The notes under the pieces are model-generated. The model was not told the DNA's origin. It did not search any database and was given only the letters and a program-made list of their open reading frames with translations. Below, one piece after another: positions 49,554 to 61,166 of a stretch of 64,000 nt of DNA. The DNA is from Asterias rubens. Lineage: Eukaryota. How positions within the stretch are numbered: the stretch's first letter is position 1; each line of letters starts with the position of its first letter. The stretch lies in assembly GCF_902459465.1 (NCBI RefSeq), contig NC_047068.1, positions 16,430,001 to 16,494,000 of the forward strand, in the 5' to 3' direction. The position numbers were made by a program, and so were the translations under genes.

Positions 49554-52196
49554 TTAACCAGGGGTCTGTTGTGCTTTCTCCCTAACTACCATGATATTAT
49601 GTGGACACACCTGATGAGCCTTTTTACCTCATTTCATATAATTCACATGAAAGCAAATGAAAGGGGAATTTCTTGTTGCCTTTAATGGACTCACAATTCT
49701 TTGACACCTTAAAAAAAAAGTGTGTTCCAGGATTGTGAAATAGCCTACTGATGACAACACTTTTGCTGAAAATACTCATGCTATGTTCAGACATGTGAAT
49801 TTGTAAGCCCATTTGGAAAATAGCTATGGTAATATGACCGATTGTACTAAAAAAGCTAGAGTTCTCCATTCGAAAAGAACTCATTTATGTTTCTTAATAT
49901 GTACCGAGAAACCAATGATCATATGAAAAACAGCAGGAATCAGGAACATAATGGGGTGTGCACATAGTCTTGACAGACAATGTGACCCTCCTTTGACCAA
50001 AGAAAACACTTCAACTGCCATTTTGGGAACATCGATCTCACAGGTTTCCATGGCAACCTCAGCCATCTGATGAATGAGTTGCACATTTTGATCCACCCCA
50101 CCCTTCATTGACATATGTATAGGTGTGCACTGCATGGTGTAGCATTGTATTCTTACAGCTATGTATTAGCATAGAGCTATAGGACCCAGTAGTCGTGTTA
50201 AGCCACTTTTGTTTATTTATTAGTAGCGGTCCCTTGCTTTAATTGAGCATAGACTGTCCAAGGTTTCCAGTGAAATCAATTCAAATCTTTTATGAACAGT
50301 ATGTAAACGTTGCTATCCTTTCACACGGGGTGCATTTTGCAACCATGCTAAAATTAAGCAAGGGGACACTTGCTTAGTAAAGTTACTGTCATGTGAAAAG
50401 GGCTTTATTATTAGTCATGTTTGTTTATTTGGCAGCAGGAGAGCTTTCAGTGTGCTTGTGGGGTTAGAGCACTGTACCCTGTGTTCTAACACTACTATAG
50501 AGGGAATCTCCCCAAGGATCATGACCCTAACAATGAGTCACCTTAAGGAATTTTGTTGGAGGGTTATTATTAGGTTATCACCTAAAATATGTTTGTTGAC
50601 TTGTGACCACAATTGGATCATGGAGAGTGTGCTTTAATCAGGCATGTAGTAAGGTGATCAAAAGTGGGGCAGCCACTTGTTACAATCCCTGTCTCAGCAG
50701 TCAATTACTATAGTCTGCACACTAGCTTGAGGGGATGACTTATTATCATCATCAACTGTGGCAGTGGTTAATCATCCTTCAACTGTGGCAGTGGTTTGGG
50801 GGGGGGGGGGGGGGGGTTCACTCTTCCCAAGAAAAATGTACTTTTATCAAGTTCTACTTGTTGGTATACACCCTTATGTTAAGTGTCACTCTTTCAGCTT
50901 TTTGCTTTGCTTAACTTTTTAAAATTATACAATGTATTCTTTATTTACTTGTTGACAAAAGTTATGTTCATTGAATTTCTATTTTGGGAGGGGATGTCTA
51001 CATAGGAAAAGTGAATCCACCCTTTGAATATGCAACATATCTATGACATCATTCAGCAATGGTTTTGATTAGCATGGAAACCACATTCCACAAAACCACA
51101 ATATGTCATCACTTTCTAATAATAATAATATCGAAGTTTTATAAAGCGCACGTATCTACCAAACAAGGTACTCAAGGCGCTGAGTAAATACAAACTTTCA
51201 GAAAGATAGGTTATTGCAGCGATGAATTTTGAGACCAATTTTGAGACCAATTAGTTAGCACCTTTATAATGGTTCTACTGAGCAGTCAACTTCCTGTAGA
51301 AGTTTTTCATTTTTTAGAAAAAAAATCCAATCATTCCATGCACACTTTACACAAGAAATCCTTTCAAGAAATGGTTTACTCAATAATATTCATCTTTAGA
51401 TGCAAATATTACATCAATATAAATTGTTAGCAGTACCAGGACTCGATTTTGGGGTAAAATTCCACAAGACCGCTAGGCTTGGAGATAAACATTTTAACTG
51501 GACCAGAATTGATTTGACAAGACCAGAATACAAATGAGTAAGAACTTTCTACAAATAACAACAGGTAATCTCTGTTCAGACTGTTGCTGGGGACACAGGC
51601 CTGCTGCAATCCATTGGACTTTCAGTACATTCCGATAGAATCGTTGTGCTGAAGTACTCGAGAATAATCCTATACAAGTGAATACGCGCATTAGTATTGG
51701 TCCAACGGAACAGTCAATGTGCATGCGCTGGAATACTAATCCCTAATCCTGATGCAGATATTTAACTTTAAAGAAATTAAAGTAAAACAAATAAATCAAA
51801 CCAAATCAGCAGTCTGTCTTAACATTAACAGTAATAGCTAGTTCTTACAATAAAGTATCAATGAGCTTTACTTGAGTGCCCTGGTCATTGGGCTAATTAA
51901 TATTCCTTTTGAATCGTTCTCAGCTCCTTGGAGAGAATACAGCCTGTGGTGCTCCAGTGGCTTTTCAAACACAGTATCAACCCTCTACCCTCCCGCGTAC
52001 CCATTTATACCCCTGGGTGGGTGAAGAGATGATGTACAGTAAAGCATCTTGCTCAAGAACCAGGTGTCATGATCAGGATTCGAACCCACACTTCGATGAC
52101 TAAACCACCAGAACTTGAATTCAATGCTCTAAAACACACAGCCATGACACCCCCTTACTGTCCAAAGTCACATCCATGTCATTACAATGTCCAATG

Positions 52197-52334
52197 TTAT
52201 TGAATTGGTTGTTTCTGTTTTATGACACAAGACTGTGTGACTAGATGTGTGAAGAGAGCTGCTGCAGCGACCCTGGCCTTGGTGTCTGCCATCTCAGTAT
52301 CGTGAGCCCATTCAACACTGCCCCACCTTGCAAT
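52197..52334 (-). CDS. ATPAF2: ATPAF2 exon 6
   Basis: IARWGSVEWAHD...QPIQ*. Confidence 0.94.
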   Translation of the reverse strand: MARWGSVEWAHDTEMADTKARVAAAALFTHLVTQSCVIKQKQPIQ

Positions 52335-55300
52335 CTGATGAGAACAAAGAAAGTGGTATTTGAAGCTTTGCATGGTGTGGAAAATAAGATAAGAATTACT
52401 TATCCAGACCTGACACTTCTTGGGGGCAACAAAGAAAAATAATTGCCTATGCCCCCTTGTCATTAATAATAATGCCTCGGCAACATACCTTGGCTCATTT
52501 TCATGGCTCTGCTTCCCGTAAGCAAAGAAATCAGCGCTTACTGAAGCAGGGAATTCCACCCTTATCTCTAGCTTATTTCACAGATTAGCAGGGAATTTTT
52601 GCTTGTGTACATGTACATGTACGTGCATACTCCACATTTCTAGGCATTCCTCGCTTACACAGCTAGCGCAGAAATTCGGCGCTCGACAGTGAACAGAGAA
52701 TGGTGATCGTAAGCACAGAATGCGGTGGAAAGCAGAGCCGTGAAATTGGGCCCTCCTTTGGGGCGGGTAGGGAGGCAGGAGAGCGAGAGGGGGTACTGGG
52801 TTAGCGAGAAAGAGGACCTGGGAGTTGGTGGAGGTTTTAAATTGTAATTATTTTACCTGAAACTCGGTCTCTAACAATGAGAGGTGAACAGCCTCCTCAA
52901 CAGTGAGTCTCCTATCCATAAGGGCAAAGGTCAACACCAGGGATTTCAGGCAACCAATTGCATTCTCATAACCTATAAATAAAGCAATATGAGAGAGCAA
53001 GTCATTAAAACCAGCCTCTGCTGAATTCTGTTTACAATTAAGCAAATATCTACCAGTGAGCCCACGTCCATAATCACCATTGACCTTGCATCATGGTTCT
53101 GAAGATTCACAAGTATGTCCTTATACTTGCGGATAAGGATCTGGAAGCAGTCTAAGGTTTTTGCAACAAAAGTCAACTGCAGAGGGCGCTACTCTAATAA
53201 AATGTGTATACTACACATAGGTAATCCACCACAGAATAACTGCATATAAATCAGAATAACTTGAACTGTTCAATAGGCTCCATATCCCAAAATGGAATAG
53301 TCCAGATGTTTCCATTAAAAACAATTCTATAAGGGCACCCACCATTTGTCTGAAACATTATTTGTATGTAGAGTTTGAACCGCACTATTTATTGGAAAAT
53401 TGTCTTGCTATTAAGAGAGAAACAAATGAGAAAACAAGTTAAAGATCTACACCCACCTACAAGTGCCCAGTCTGAGTGAGTCTCCAGATGATGTCCAAGG
53501 ATTTCTTTTGTTTCTTCAGGTATTACAGGCCCTGTGATAGAGGTTGACGACCCGACATCAACCTTGTACCTCTCGTTGATCCAGTCCAATTGGGGATCCC
53601 ACTCATTTTGTTGAAGGGAAACCAGTTCTGGCGGATCTTCTAGTCTGTAACTGTGCGAGACAGATAATACTGTTCTCATAATAATAATTCATTAATAATT
53701 AATCTGAGGGCTAATCATCCTTACTCGCAGCTAAGAGCTCAATTGCGAAGGACGCGGCTACAATGCGTTCAAGGCAGCCATGCAAGAGCCTTTGGCTGCC
53801 AGCCACATCAACCCATTATGACCATAGAGCACAGCCAAGATCGAAAGTGTTTGATTTTTCCTGAGGAAGGAAAAACATATGGTCTGGAAATTACTTCTTC
53901 CTCAAAAACTGCTTTACTTCAGAGGGAGCTGTTTCTCACAATGTTTTGTACTATTAGCAGCTCTCCATTACTCGTTACCAAGTAATTTTTATACTCAAAA
54001 AGTAAGTTTTTATGCTAAAAATTACTTTGAGTAATTACCAAGTGTCCACTGCCTTAAAATGATTGGAAATTTACGCACTACCAGACACACAGGGGTGAAC
54101 CCCTTCTCTCAGCGAAGTGTGTACTGGGGTCTTTTATGTGCGCAAAACCTAATGTGTCCGTCCGATCCTAAGGACAAAGAAGTTATGGCTTAAAGCCTTA
54201 CCATATTGTATCCGTGTCTATAAAGTGTAGAATACCTCTTATGACCTGTTGTTTATTTCTGAGGGATGGGTTGTCTAATGCTGTGTTGCATAGTGAAGTC
54301 TGTAAAAAATCAAATGACAAAATCAAACAAAGAATGTGCAGTTGCAATGTGAGACTTTGCAATGTTACTTAGGGGACATTTGGTATACACTATGTTAACA
54401 AATCTTTTACATTCTTTTACATCATTGGTTTGACCCACCCCCACTACAAATTTTTTATTTTTAAATACTGAATGGCTTCATAATATAATTCATACACTAA
54501 AGAATATTGAATGCCTCGAATTAACAGGATATTTTAGATCAAAGGTCTCCAACATTTGTGTCAATGGCTTTTCCTTTGTAGTATAATCAGAAATGAAATT
54601 GATGGTTTCGGTCAGCTGGTTACTTTTTCTTCTTCTGTATCAGTTGTTAGTGTATTTTATGTTTTAAATAAAAGCTGAATGAATAATGTATCTGACAGTA
54701 AAGTTTCTCAGATTTCTATTTTGGGGAATAAAAAATTACATTTGACCACAATCACATAACTTCAAAGTGAAATGACACTCAAAATGCTTTACTATCAAAA
54801 GCTGCTGTACTTCGCACCAAGTAATTATTTGATTTCCATTAAGTTTAAAGGCAGTGGACACTGTTGGCAACTACCAATAGTGTCCAGTGTCTTTAAGACT
54901 GATTCCCAAATGTATACCTTCCTTTGCTCTATGCTATACATGTATTGCTTTACAAGTAAGTAATGTAATGGAAATTGCAAATAGTTTTTATTTACCAGAT
55001 GCATTGTGTGTTGCCTTATGATGTCTGTTTGGTTATCCCATTCCGTTGCTACGGCAATAGCCATTGGCTCGCTGGGTACTGTAAATAGCTGACCATTAGG
55101 CGTCTTGAGTTTCCTCCGGTCCAAGTTAATTTCAAAGGTCTTCCCTGATTGGGTGATGCTGACATTCTTGTAAAATCGTTTCTTTTCTGTTGAAAATAAA
55201 TTGAGAAGGTGAAGGGACAGACTGCAGTGACTTACTCTAGTCTAGAACTATATGAGGATTGTTCCGCTGTGGGGACGATAGCAGAATAAGCCTCATACAT

Positions 55301-56585
55301 AATGTAGTTCTAGGAGTAGTAGTGACTGCTCTTACAAAGGTCACTAACGTGATTTGCTTCTCTTAAAGTAAATATTGGACTCTCTTCTAGCAACCTGCAG
55401 TTAATATGCTATTATAACTGGCCTTTCTTTACAGAAATCCTTCCCCGATCTTGAACTCTTGGTGGCAGCAGTCACTGTGGTGGTACCTGGGGTTGTACTG
55501 CGCTGCCTAATAGACCTTTCTTTTGCAACGTCACAGCCCAAGTTTTTGCCAACGCAGATTGGAAAACTATGGAAAGCCGTAAGTGCAAATCAAGAAAAGA
55601 TCGCTGTTTTTGGTACCAATGTAACCAAATTTGTTGATTTTGTTTAAAATAAAACAACTAATTATAAGACGTATTTTGTTTAATTGAAAGTTTGCAGAAA
55701 GTGGTGAATTTTGTTAAAACATCTGTTAATACGATTGAATGATTTACTAACATTCGGCCGACCATGCCAACCAAGGCGGTTTGTTTATCAACAAAAGAAA
55801 GGTCTATAGCGAGGGGTTTAGGGATTGGGCTACACGGCCACCATCTAATCAGTCATGGGTTATTGGACCTTTACTTCAGTGCAGTGAGCAATCATTGGGT
55901 TTAGGTTTTGAATCGCGTAGCTGTAGGTAGGGCATTTAAACGGATTACTGCAGGCACTGTCAAGCAAACCAATCACTTCGTCCCTTCAAGTACAAAAGTA
56001 CAATCGATCTACATATCCATATGCCATATTTTGTTATTATTTGATGCAGTGCTACGACTAATTTAATTGCCCAAAATGACGGGTAGCCCTTGTGCCGCGT
56101 GGCAGGGCGCCAGTCTTTGTTGCACAGCGTTGTGTACAAACAATGGAGGGGTCCAACCTGGGCTTTCAGTTAAAGCAAAACATTTATGAAAAGATATACA
56201 AATATTTTCATTATCATAACATGAAAAGAATATCTTAAATTATGACCAGATGAAAACAAAAACAAGATGATTTTGATATTTTTTGACTTGAAGATGTACT
56301 AAAAATTTTAGTAAAATTAAAAATGTTTTTAAAATATTATTACAAAGCAAAGTTAGTCAAATTTCAATCAGGTTATGAATATGATTATGATTATGTAAAC
56401 AATGTAAACAAAATAATATACAAATCTTGTGATCTAGTTTTTTCTTCTGATGGTTTTCTAATCTTACCTCTGAAACTGGCGGTCGCGTAAAACCTTGTTG
56501 ATTTTGAGTTCATCACAACGTTTTGCAGCTGGGTAAACTGAAAAACTCTTCCCAGTTTTTGCCATCTTAATAAGAAACTCGACAT
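52197..56585 (-). CDS. ATPAF2: ATP synthase mitochondrial F1 complex assembly factor 2 (ATP12), 284 aa, 6 exons
   Basis: Exons 56585-56468, 55186-54996, 54299-54202, 53650-53457, 52972-52857, 52334-52197; phases consistent. Motifs KRFYKNV, LDRRKLKTP, AVATEW, LCNTALDN, DTDTICYR, WGSVEWAHD. Exon 1 is an acid-free, Arg/Ser-rich transit-peptide-like leader. Confidence 0.95.
52857..52972 (-). CDS. ATPAF2: ATPAF2 exon 5
   Basis: YENAIGCLKSLVL...SLLETEFQ; |gtaaaa donor. Confidence 0.94.
53457..53650 (-). CDS. ATPAF2: ATPAF2 exon 4
   Basis: YRLEDPPELVSLQQNEWDPQLDW...WALV; |gtgggt donor. Confidence 0.94.
54202..54299 (-). CDS. ATPAF2: ATPAF2 exon 3
   Basis: TSLCNTALDNPSLRNKQQVIRGILHFIDTDTI; |gtaagg donor. 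Confidence 0.94.
54849..54892. mobile_element. 44-bp TIR-only Kolobok-like element
   Basis: TTAA|aggcagtggacactgttgg caacta ccaatagtgtccagtgtct|TTAA. Confidence 0.75.
54996..55186 (-). CDS. ATPAF2: ATPAF2 exon 2
   Basis: KKRFYKNVSI...QHTMHL; ttttcaacag| acceptor, |gtaaat donor. Confidence 0.95.
55510..55808. mobile_element. MITE in ATPAF2 intron 1
   Basis: atagacctttcttttg ... caaaagaaaggtctat. Confidence 0.65.
56468..56585 (-). CDS. ATPAF2: ATPAF2 exon 1 (mitochondrial presequence-like)
   Basis: MSSFLLRWQKLGRVF...ATASFR; G|gtaaga phase-1 donor fits exon 2. Confidence 0.8.
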
Positions 56586-56948
56586 GATTCAGCCAAAGAC
56601 TATAGAGTAAACAACTTGTGTAAACAAACTTCCTAATCAGCTGACGGTTTGTTGTGTTTTTGGAAAGTGCGGAAAATCAAAACACAGGAAACACACCCAC
56701 GTGTGTATATTGTGGTGATCACTGTGGTCAGTCATGTGAGGGCGCTTTCTCGAAGACCTTCCTGAAATTCCTAAGTATCTGTACAAGCTACAATCTGATT
56801 GGCAAATATGTTCGCACAAGTGCTACGTCAACCAATCAGATAAAGGTTTGCAGAAATCTATCTGTCATCCATGGGGGCTGCCATATTGAATTTAGGGTGG
56901 CTGTCGGTTGCGTAGGGGCACAATCTGGGAGAACATTTCTCAACTAAA
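56586..56948. promoter_or_regulatory. Bidirectional promoter ATPAF2/GID4
   Basis: 363 bp between divergent ATGs; oppositely oriented CCAAT boxes (ATTGG 56798-56802, CCAAT 56832-56836); CRE-like ACGTCA. Confidence 0.75.
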
Positions 56949-57092
56949 ATGCCTGGAATAACGATGTATCCACCGCCCCCTAAGAGCAGCAAACAGCAGG
57001 GTGTTGCACGGTCATTACTCTATAGTGGTTCCAAATTTCAAGGCTTCCAGAAGAGCAAGGGAAATTCTTACGTAGTCGAAGTTGAACTTCAG
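56949..57092 (+). CDS. GID4: GID4 exon 1 ([11 protein letters not shown]...VEVELQ)
   Basis: aaaATGc start; CAG|gtgagt donor. Confidence 0.92.
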
Positions 57093-60000
57093 GTGAGTCG
57101 TCGAATCTCCATTTTTTGCGTTACTTTGAACATCATTATCATCATCATGGCGTGCTACGGATAGGCCTTCCGCCGAATACCGGACACTTCGACACCTTGC
57201 AAAAACTCGGGACCTTGCAAACATTTTGTGTCTTTGTCAATTAGTTGGTTTTTACTGATTATTTTCATCCCATGGTTTTTTCATTCTTCGAATCGAAGTT
57301 TTATTCGATATATTAATAATTATTAATTATGAAATAATAATTATCTAGTTTAGTCTAGTCTAGTTGTAAACCTCAGCACCTCAGGCTCAACATGAATCCT
57401 TTTTCTGTAAAAATTAAAAAATGAGTGAAAAAATGGTTGTGCCATCTGGAAAGTTATCCCCGGAGACATTTTGTTTGGCCAGTTTTTATGTGGGGTTTTG
57501 TTTGGTTCCTTTTTGTCTATTTAAATCGTTTTTCAGAATCAGTGTAATGTAAATCATAGTTATTAAGTTTTTCTGTTTTGTTTTAGTTTACTGTCTACGA
57601 GCTTTTTATCAATGTTTTGACATGTAAATTTTCCACTTTTATCTTTTGAATGGACAAATATTAAATAAGTTAGTGAATTGAATTCAATTAAAATGTACCA
57701 TGCGGTGGTAAATCAACTATTTTCATCTTGGTGTCAAGTTTGTTTTTTGTCGAGTTGAGGATGCCGAGTTTGTAAAGTGCCGAGGTGGCTTCATGATGAT
57801 GATACAATATAAACATGTTAAAAACATTATCATCATTAGCGCCCAATTACCAAAGGATGCAAGGCGCTAAGCGCTTATAGATATAGATGAAAGGAAAAAC
57901 TGAAGTGATGGTGACAACCAGCTACAGATTGGATAGAACAAGTCTGTCTTGACTATTGAGAACCTTTTTGAAGGAAAGAACAGTCTAAAGCATTTTTGAT
58001 GGGGACAGGCAGACCATTCCATACCATAGGCGGGAGGCAGCAGTAACTTTATGTTCCTTTTAATATAAGCCTATCCCAGGGCAATATGTGTAACAGTATC
58101 AGTTACACAGCACTACTTCTGTTTACTTATAATAGAAAAATAACTTGTATTTGCAGCATGTGGATGAAGAAAACAGCTATCTATGTGGATATCTTAAGAT
58201 CAGCGGGCTGACCAGCGAGTATCCAGAGTTAGTCACATTCTTTGAAGGAGAGATCATTAGCGACAAACATCCATTCCTCACGAGAAAGTGGGATGCTGAT
58301 GAAGAAGTGGATAGGAAACACTGGGTGAGATTCACAAACATTATGGTGATGATTGAAGGGTTTGGGTACTTTTTGTACGACACAAAACACAAACATCCAC
58401 AGATTTACATTAAACTTACATGGTTTGAAGATAATGATAGTAGTTAGCAATTTCACTATAATAATTTTAGTCCCAGTGAGACAGAAATGATTTTATCATG
58501 TTATACGCTTCTTGTGCGATTGACTTCAGTCTTCTGGTCTTGCCAATTCTGGGATCAGGCCCTGTGGTCTTTTGGATTTTGTCCCCAAACTCAAGCCCTT
58601 ATGTACCCGAAGAACAGGAATATACACCTGTTCAGGTCTAGTGACAAATAAATTTCTTTGTTATTTTGTAATATTTAACATACTGTATTTTCCTTCCATT
58701 GTTTGCAGGGTCAGTTTTTGTCCTTCTATCAGTACGCCAAAACATTTAATTTAGACACATTTGACTATGAAGCACTCAGGAGTACAGATTACATCTTCAT
58801 GAGGTGGAAAGTGAGTTTGTTTTACTTAACAATTTATATCTTGGAGAATGATGCAGGGCAGAAGATCTACAGGCTTAAAGCCCCTTTTACACGAGCAATT
58901 AAGCAAGGGTCCCTTGCTAAATTGTATGCAGCAAGTTTGTAAAATGTACCGCTTGTGATAACACAACAATTTTGGTAGGGTCGAAGGTCCCTTGTAATAT
59001 CTTGTCCAACATTGCTACACAAGTCCATATTTCAAATGAAATATGGCATGCTTTATATCACTGAACTACCTTAGCCAGCAGGACCATGTTCCTTTAGGTT
59101 AATTTTGAATGGTCCTCAGGTCTTTAGACTTTCTCTGAGACATAAACTTGCCATCATTAGACGAAAGACCTGGATATATCTAGTTCATACCTGTAGTATT
59201 CCTGTTGTGATGATATCTGTCAAATGTAAAACCCTGGAAGTTTGAGACGGTTATTCATCTCAACCAAGAAGAGACCACTTCATGGTTGTTTATCTTTGTA
59301 CATACACTCACATCCTGTACTGTCTTCTCTTTAAGGAGCGTTTTCTAGTACCAGATCACAAAATAACGGATATCGATGGTGCGTCGTTTGCTGGCTTCTA
59401 TTATATTTGCTTCCAGAAATCCACATCTACCGTAGAAGGCTACTACTACCACAGGAGCTCAGAGTGGTAAGTGAAAATGCCCAGATCAAGGTTACCAAGA
59501 TTGCTCTTCTGGTTGAAATGTTTTGTTTATTTGTTTATTTTGTATGAGAGATCGCCTAACATCACAAGGCCAAGGATGGCCTCTTCAAGGCAAGGGCTGC
59601 ACTTAACTGATTTGGGTTGTCAGCCCAGATCCAGGCATGATACTTCATGGAATCAACACAGGCATTTGCCTCCATGCTCCCAGGTCATCAATTTGGTACC
59701 CTTGAAATACTCCAGTAGAAAATTACGATTTCCTTTTAGGGTGCCGATGGAGAAAATGCCTTGGTGCCCTTGCCCTTTTAAAATTGAAGCAGACAGGCTT
59801 GCAAATCAACTACCACCAGGGGAACATTGTCAGCTACTCTTTGGGCTGAATCAGGGTTACCCTTCACAGTCTGTAAGGATGTAGGCAACTGTATCATTGT
59901 TACAATCTCAAATCCAAAGGAATAACTTAACAGAAATTAAAGGGAAATACCGCACTTGATTATATGTGAATGGGATTCAAGGTTTAGAACTTAAAAATAT

Positions 60001-61166
60001 AAGACATTTAATTTAATGTAATAAATACTCAGCGCTTCAAAAATATATGAGCATAAGGGAATGTAGAATTACTTAAATACAAAGAGAAATTTAATACACT
60101 AAAAATAATTGAATACAATAAAGGGAATTTAAATACAGTGAAAATAGGGGGTGTGGTAACGGAACTCGTGAAATAGGGGAGAAGTTACCTCCGTTGAAAC
60201 TCGAAGTTGGGGTTTGAAGTCCTGTCGCTGTTATGCTCCATTCGTGGGCGGATCATTCTCATCAGAGCATTAGCTTTACAAGAAACTGGCCTATCAACTC
60301 CAAACTTGGTGTGCAGATCGGTCTTGGGATCTTTTAGAATTCTGTTGTATTTGGACTTCCTAGGTCTTAGGTAATTCTGACTAAAAACAAAAAGAATGTT
60401 TTTCTATCGATACCTTGAGATATGACTCAAGGTATTAGCTTTAATTTAGTCTGTGGGTTGGTCTTTTGTTCTCTCAGTCAGAAGCCTGTTGTATTTGGAC
60501 CTCCTGGGTCATACAATGTATGTCAAGTTCATTATTGCTATTGCACAAAAGAATGTTTTCCAATAGGCCATTTGCGAGTTGGCTTTGAATAATGTCTGGT
60601 ACAATGACTTGGTTAGTCACAATGTTCATCTTACAATTGAATTCCTCAGACTATAGAGGTAGTTGCTATGTCAAATGGTTCGGGGCAAACCTTTGCGTAG
60701 CAACCTTAAGATGAGCAAGTCCTGGTACCATTGTGCGATGGTGCCACACATCCATTTACCGTCTCTCTGCGCAAAAGCTTGCCCCCTAATCATGTGATAT
60801 AGCAACTGTCTCGATGGTCTGAGGAATTTAAATTTAAGCGGTAACTTATGATCAAGCACGCCATTGTACTAGACAATATTAAAATCTAACGCGCGAATGG
60901 CTCATTGATACCTTGACAATTGACTTGGCATAATCAACTCCAAACTTTGTGTACTTCATTTGTTTTAAGAAACATTTTAAGCTTTACTTGTAGTACTTCA
61001 TTTTTTCCAATTAAGATTTTAAGCTTTGTATGGTTAAGAGGTACTAGGTAGTTTGCTGTGGGTGACAAACGGTAACTGTTTCTCGCTCTTGATTCCTCAC
61101 AGGTACCAGTCGCTCAACCTTACTCACGTCGAAGAACATAGCGTCCCGATCTACGTGTTCAGGTGA
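56949..61166 (+). CDS. GID4: GID/CTLH E3 ligase substrate receptor GID4 (Vid24 homolog), 202 aa, 5 exons
   Basis: Exons 56949-57092, 58157-58324, 58709-58810, 59336-59466, 61103-61166; phases 0,0,0,2. Motifs [67 protein letters not shown]. Confidence 0.96.
58157..58324 (+). CDS. GID4: GID4 exon 2
   Basis: [15 protein letters not shown]...VDRKHW; ttgcag| acceptor, |gtgaga donor. Confidence 0.95.
58709..58810 (+). CDS. GID4: GID4 exon 3
   Basis: [11 protein letters not shown]...FMRWK; |gtgagt donor. Confidence 0.95.
59336..59466 (+). CDS. GID4: GID4 exon 4
   Basis: ERFLVPDH...HRSSE; TG|gtaagt donor. Confidence 0.95.
61103..61166 (+). CDS. GID4: GID4 exon 5
   Basis: cctcacag| acceptor; [20 protein letters not shown]. 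Confidence 0.94.

Noticed and set aside
50798-50816. G19 run (also G11 at about 31746) as a functional G-quadruplex
   Set aside because: A simple homopolymer of uncertain length, with no contextual evidence of function.
49600-51730. ORFs of 76-86 aa downstream of ATPAF2
   Set aside because: No homology or coherent exon chain; compatible with random ORFs or UTR.
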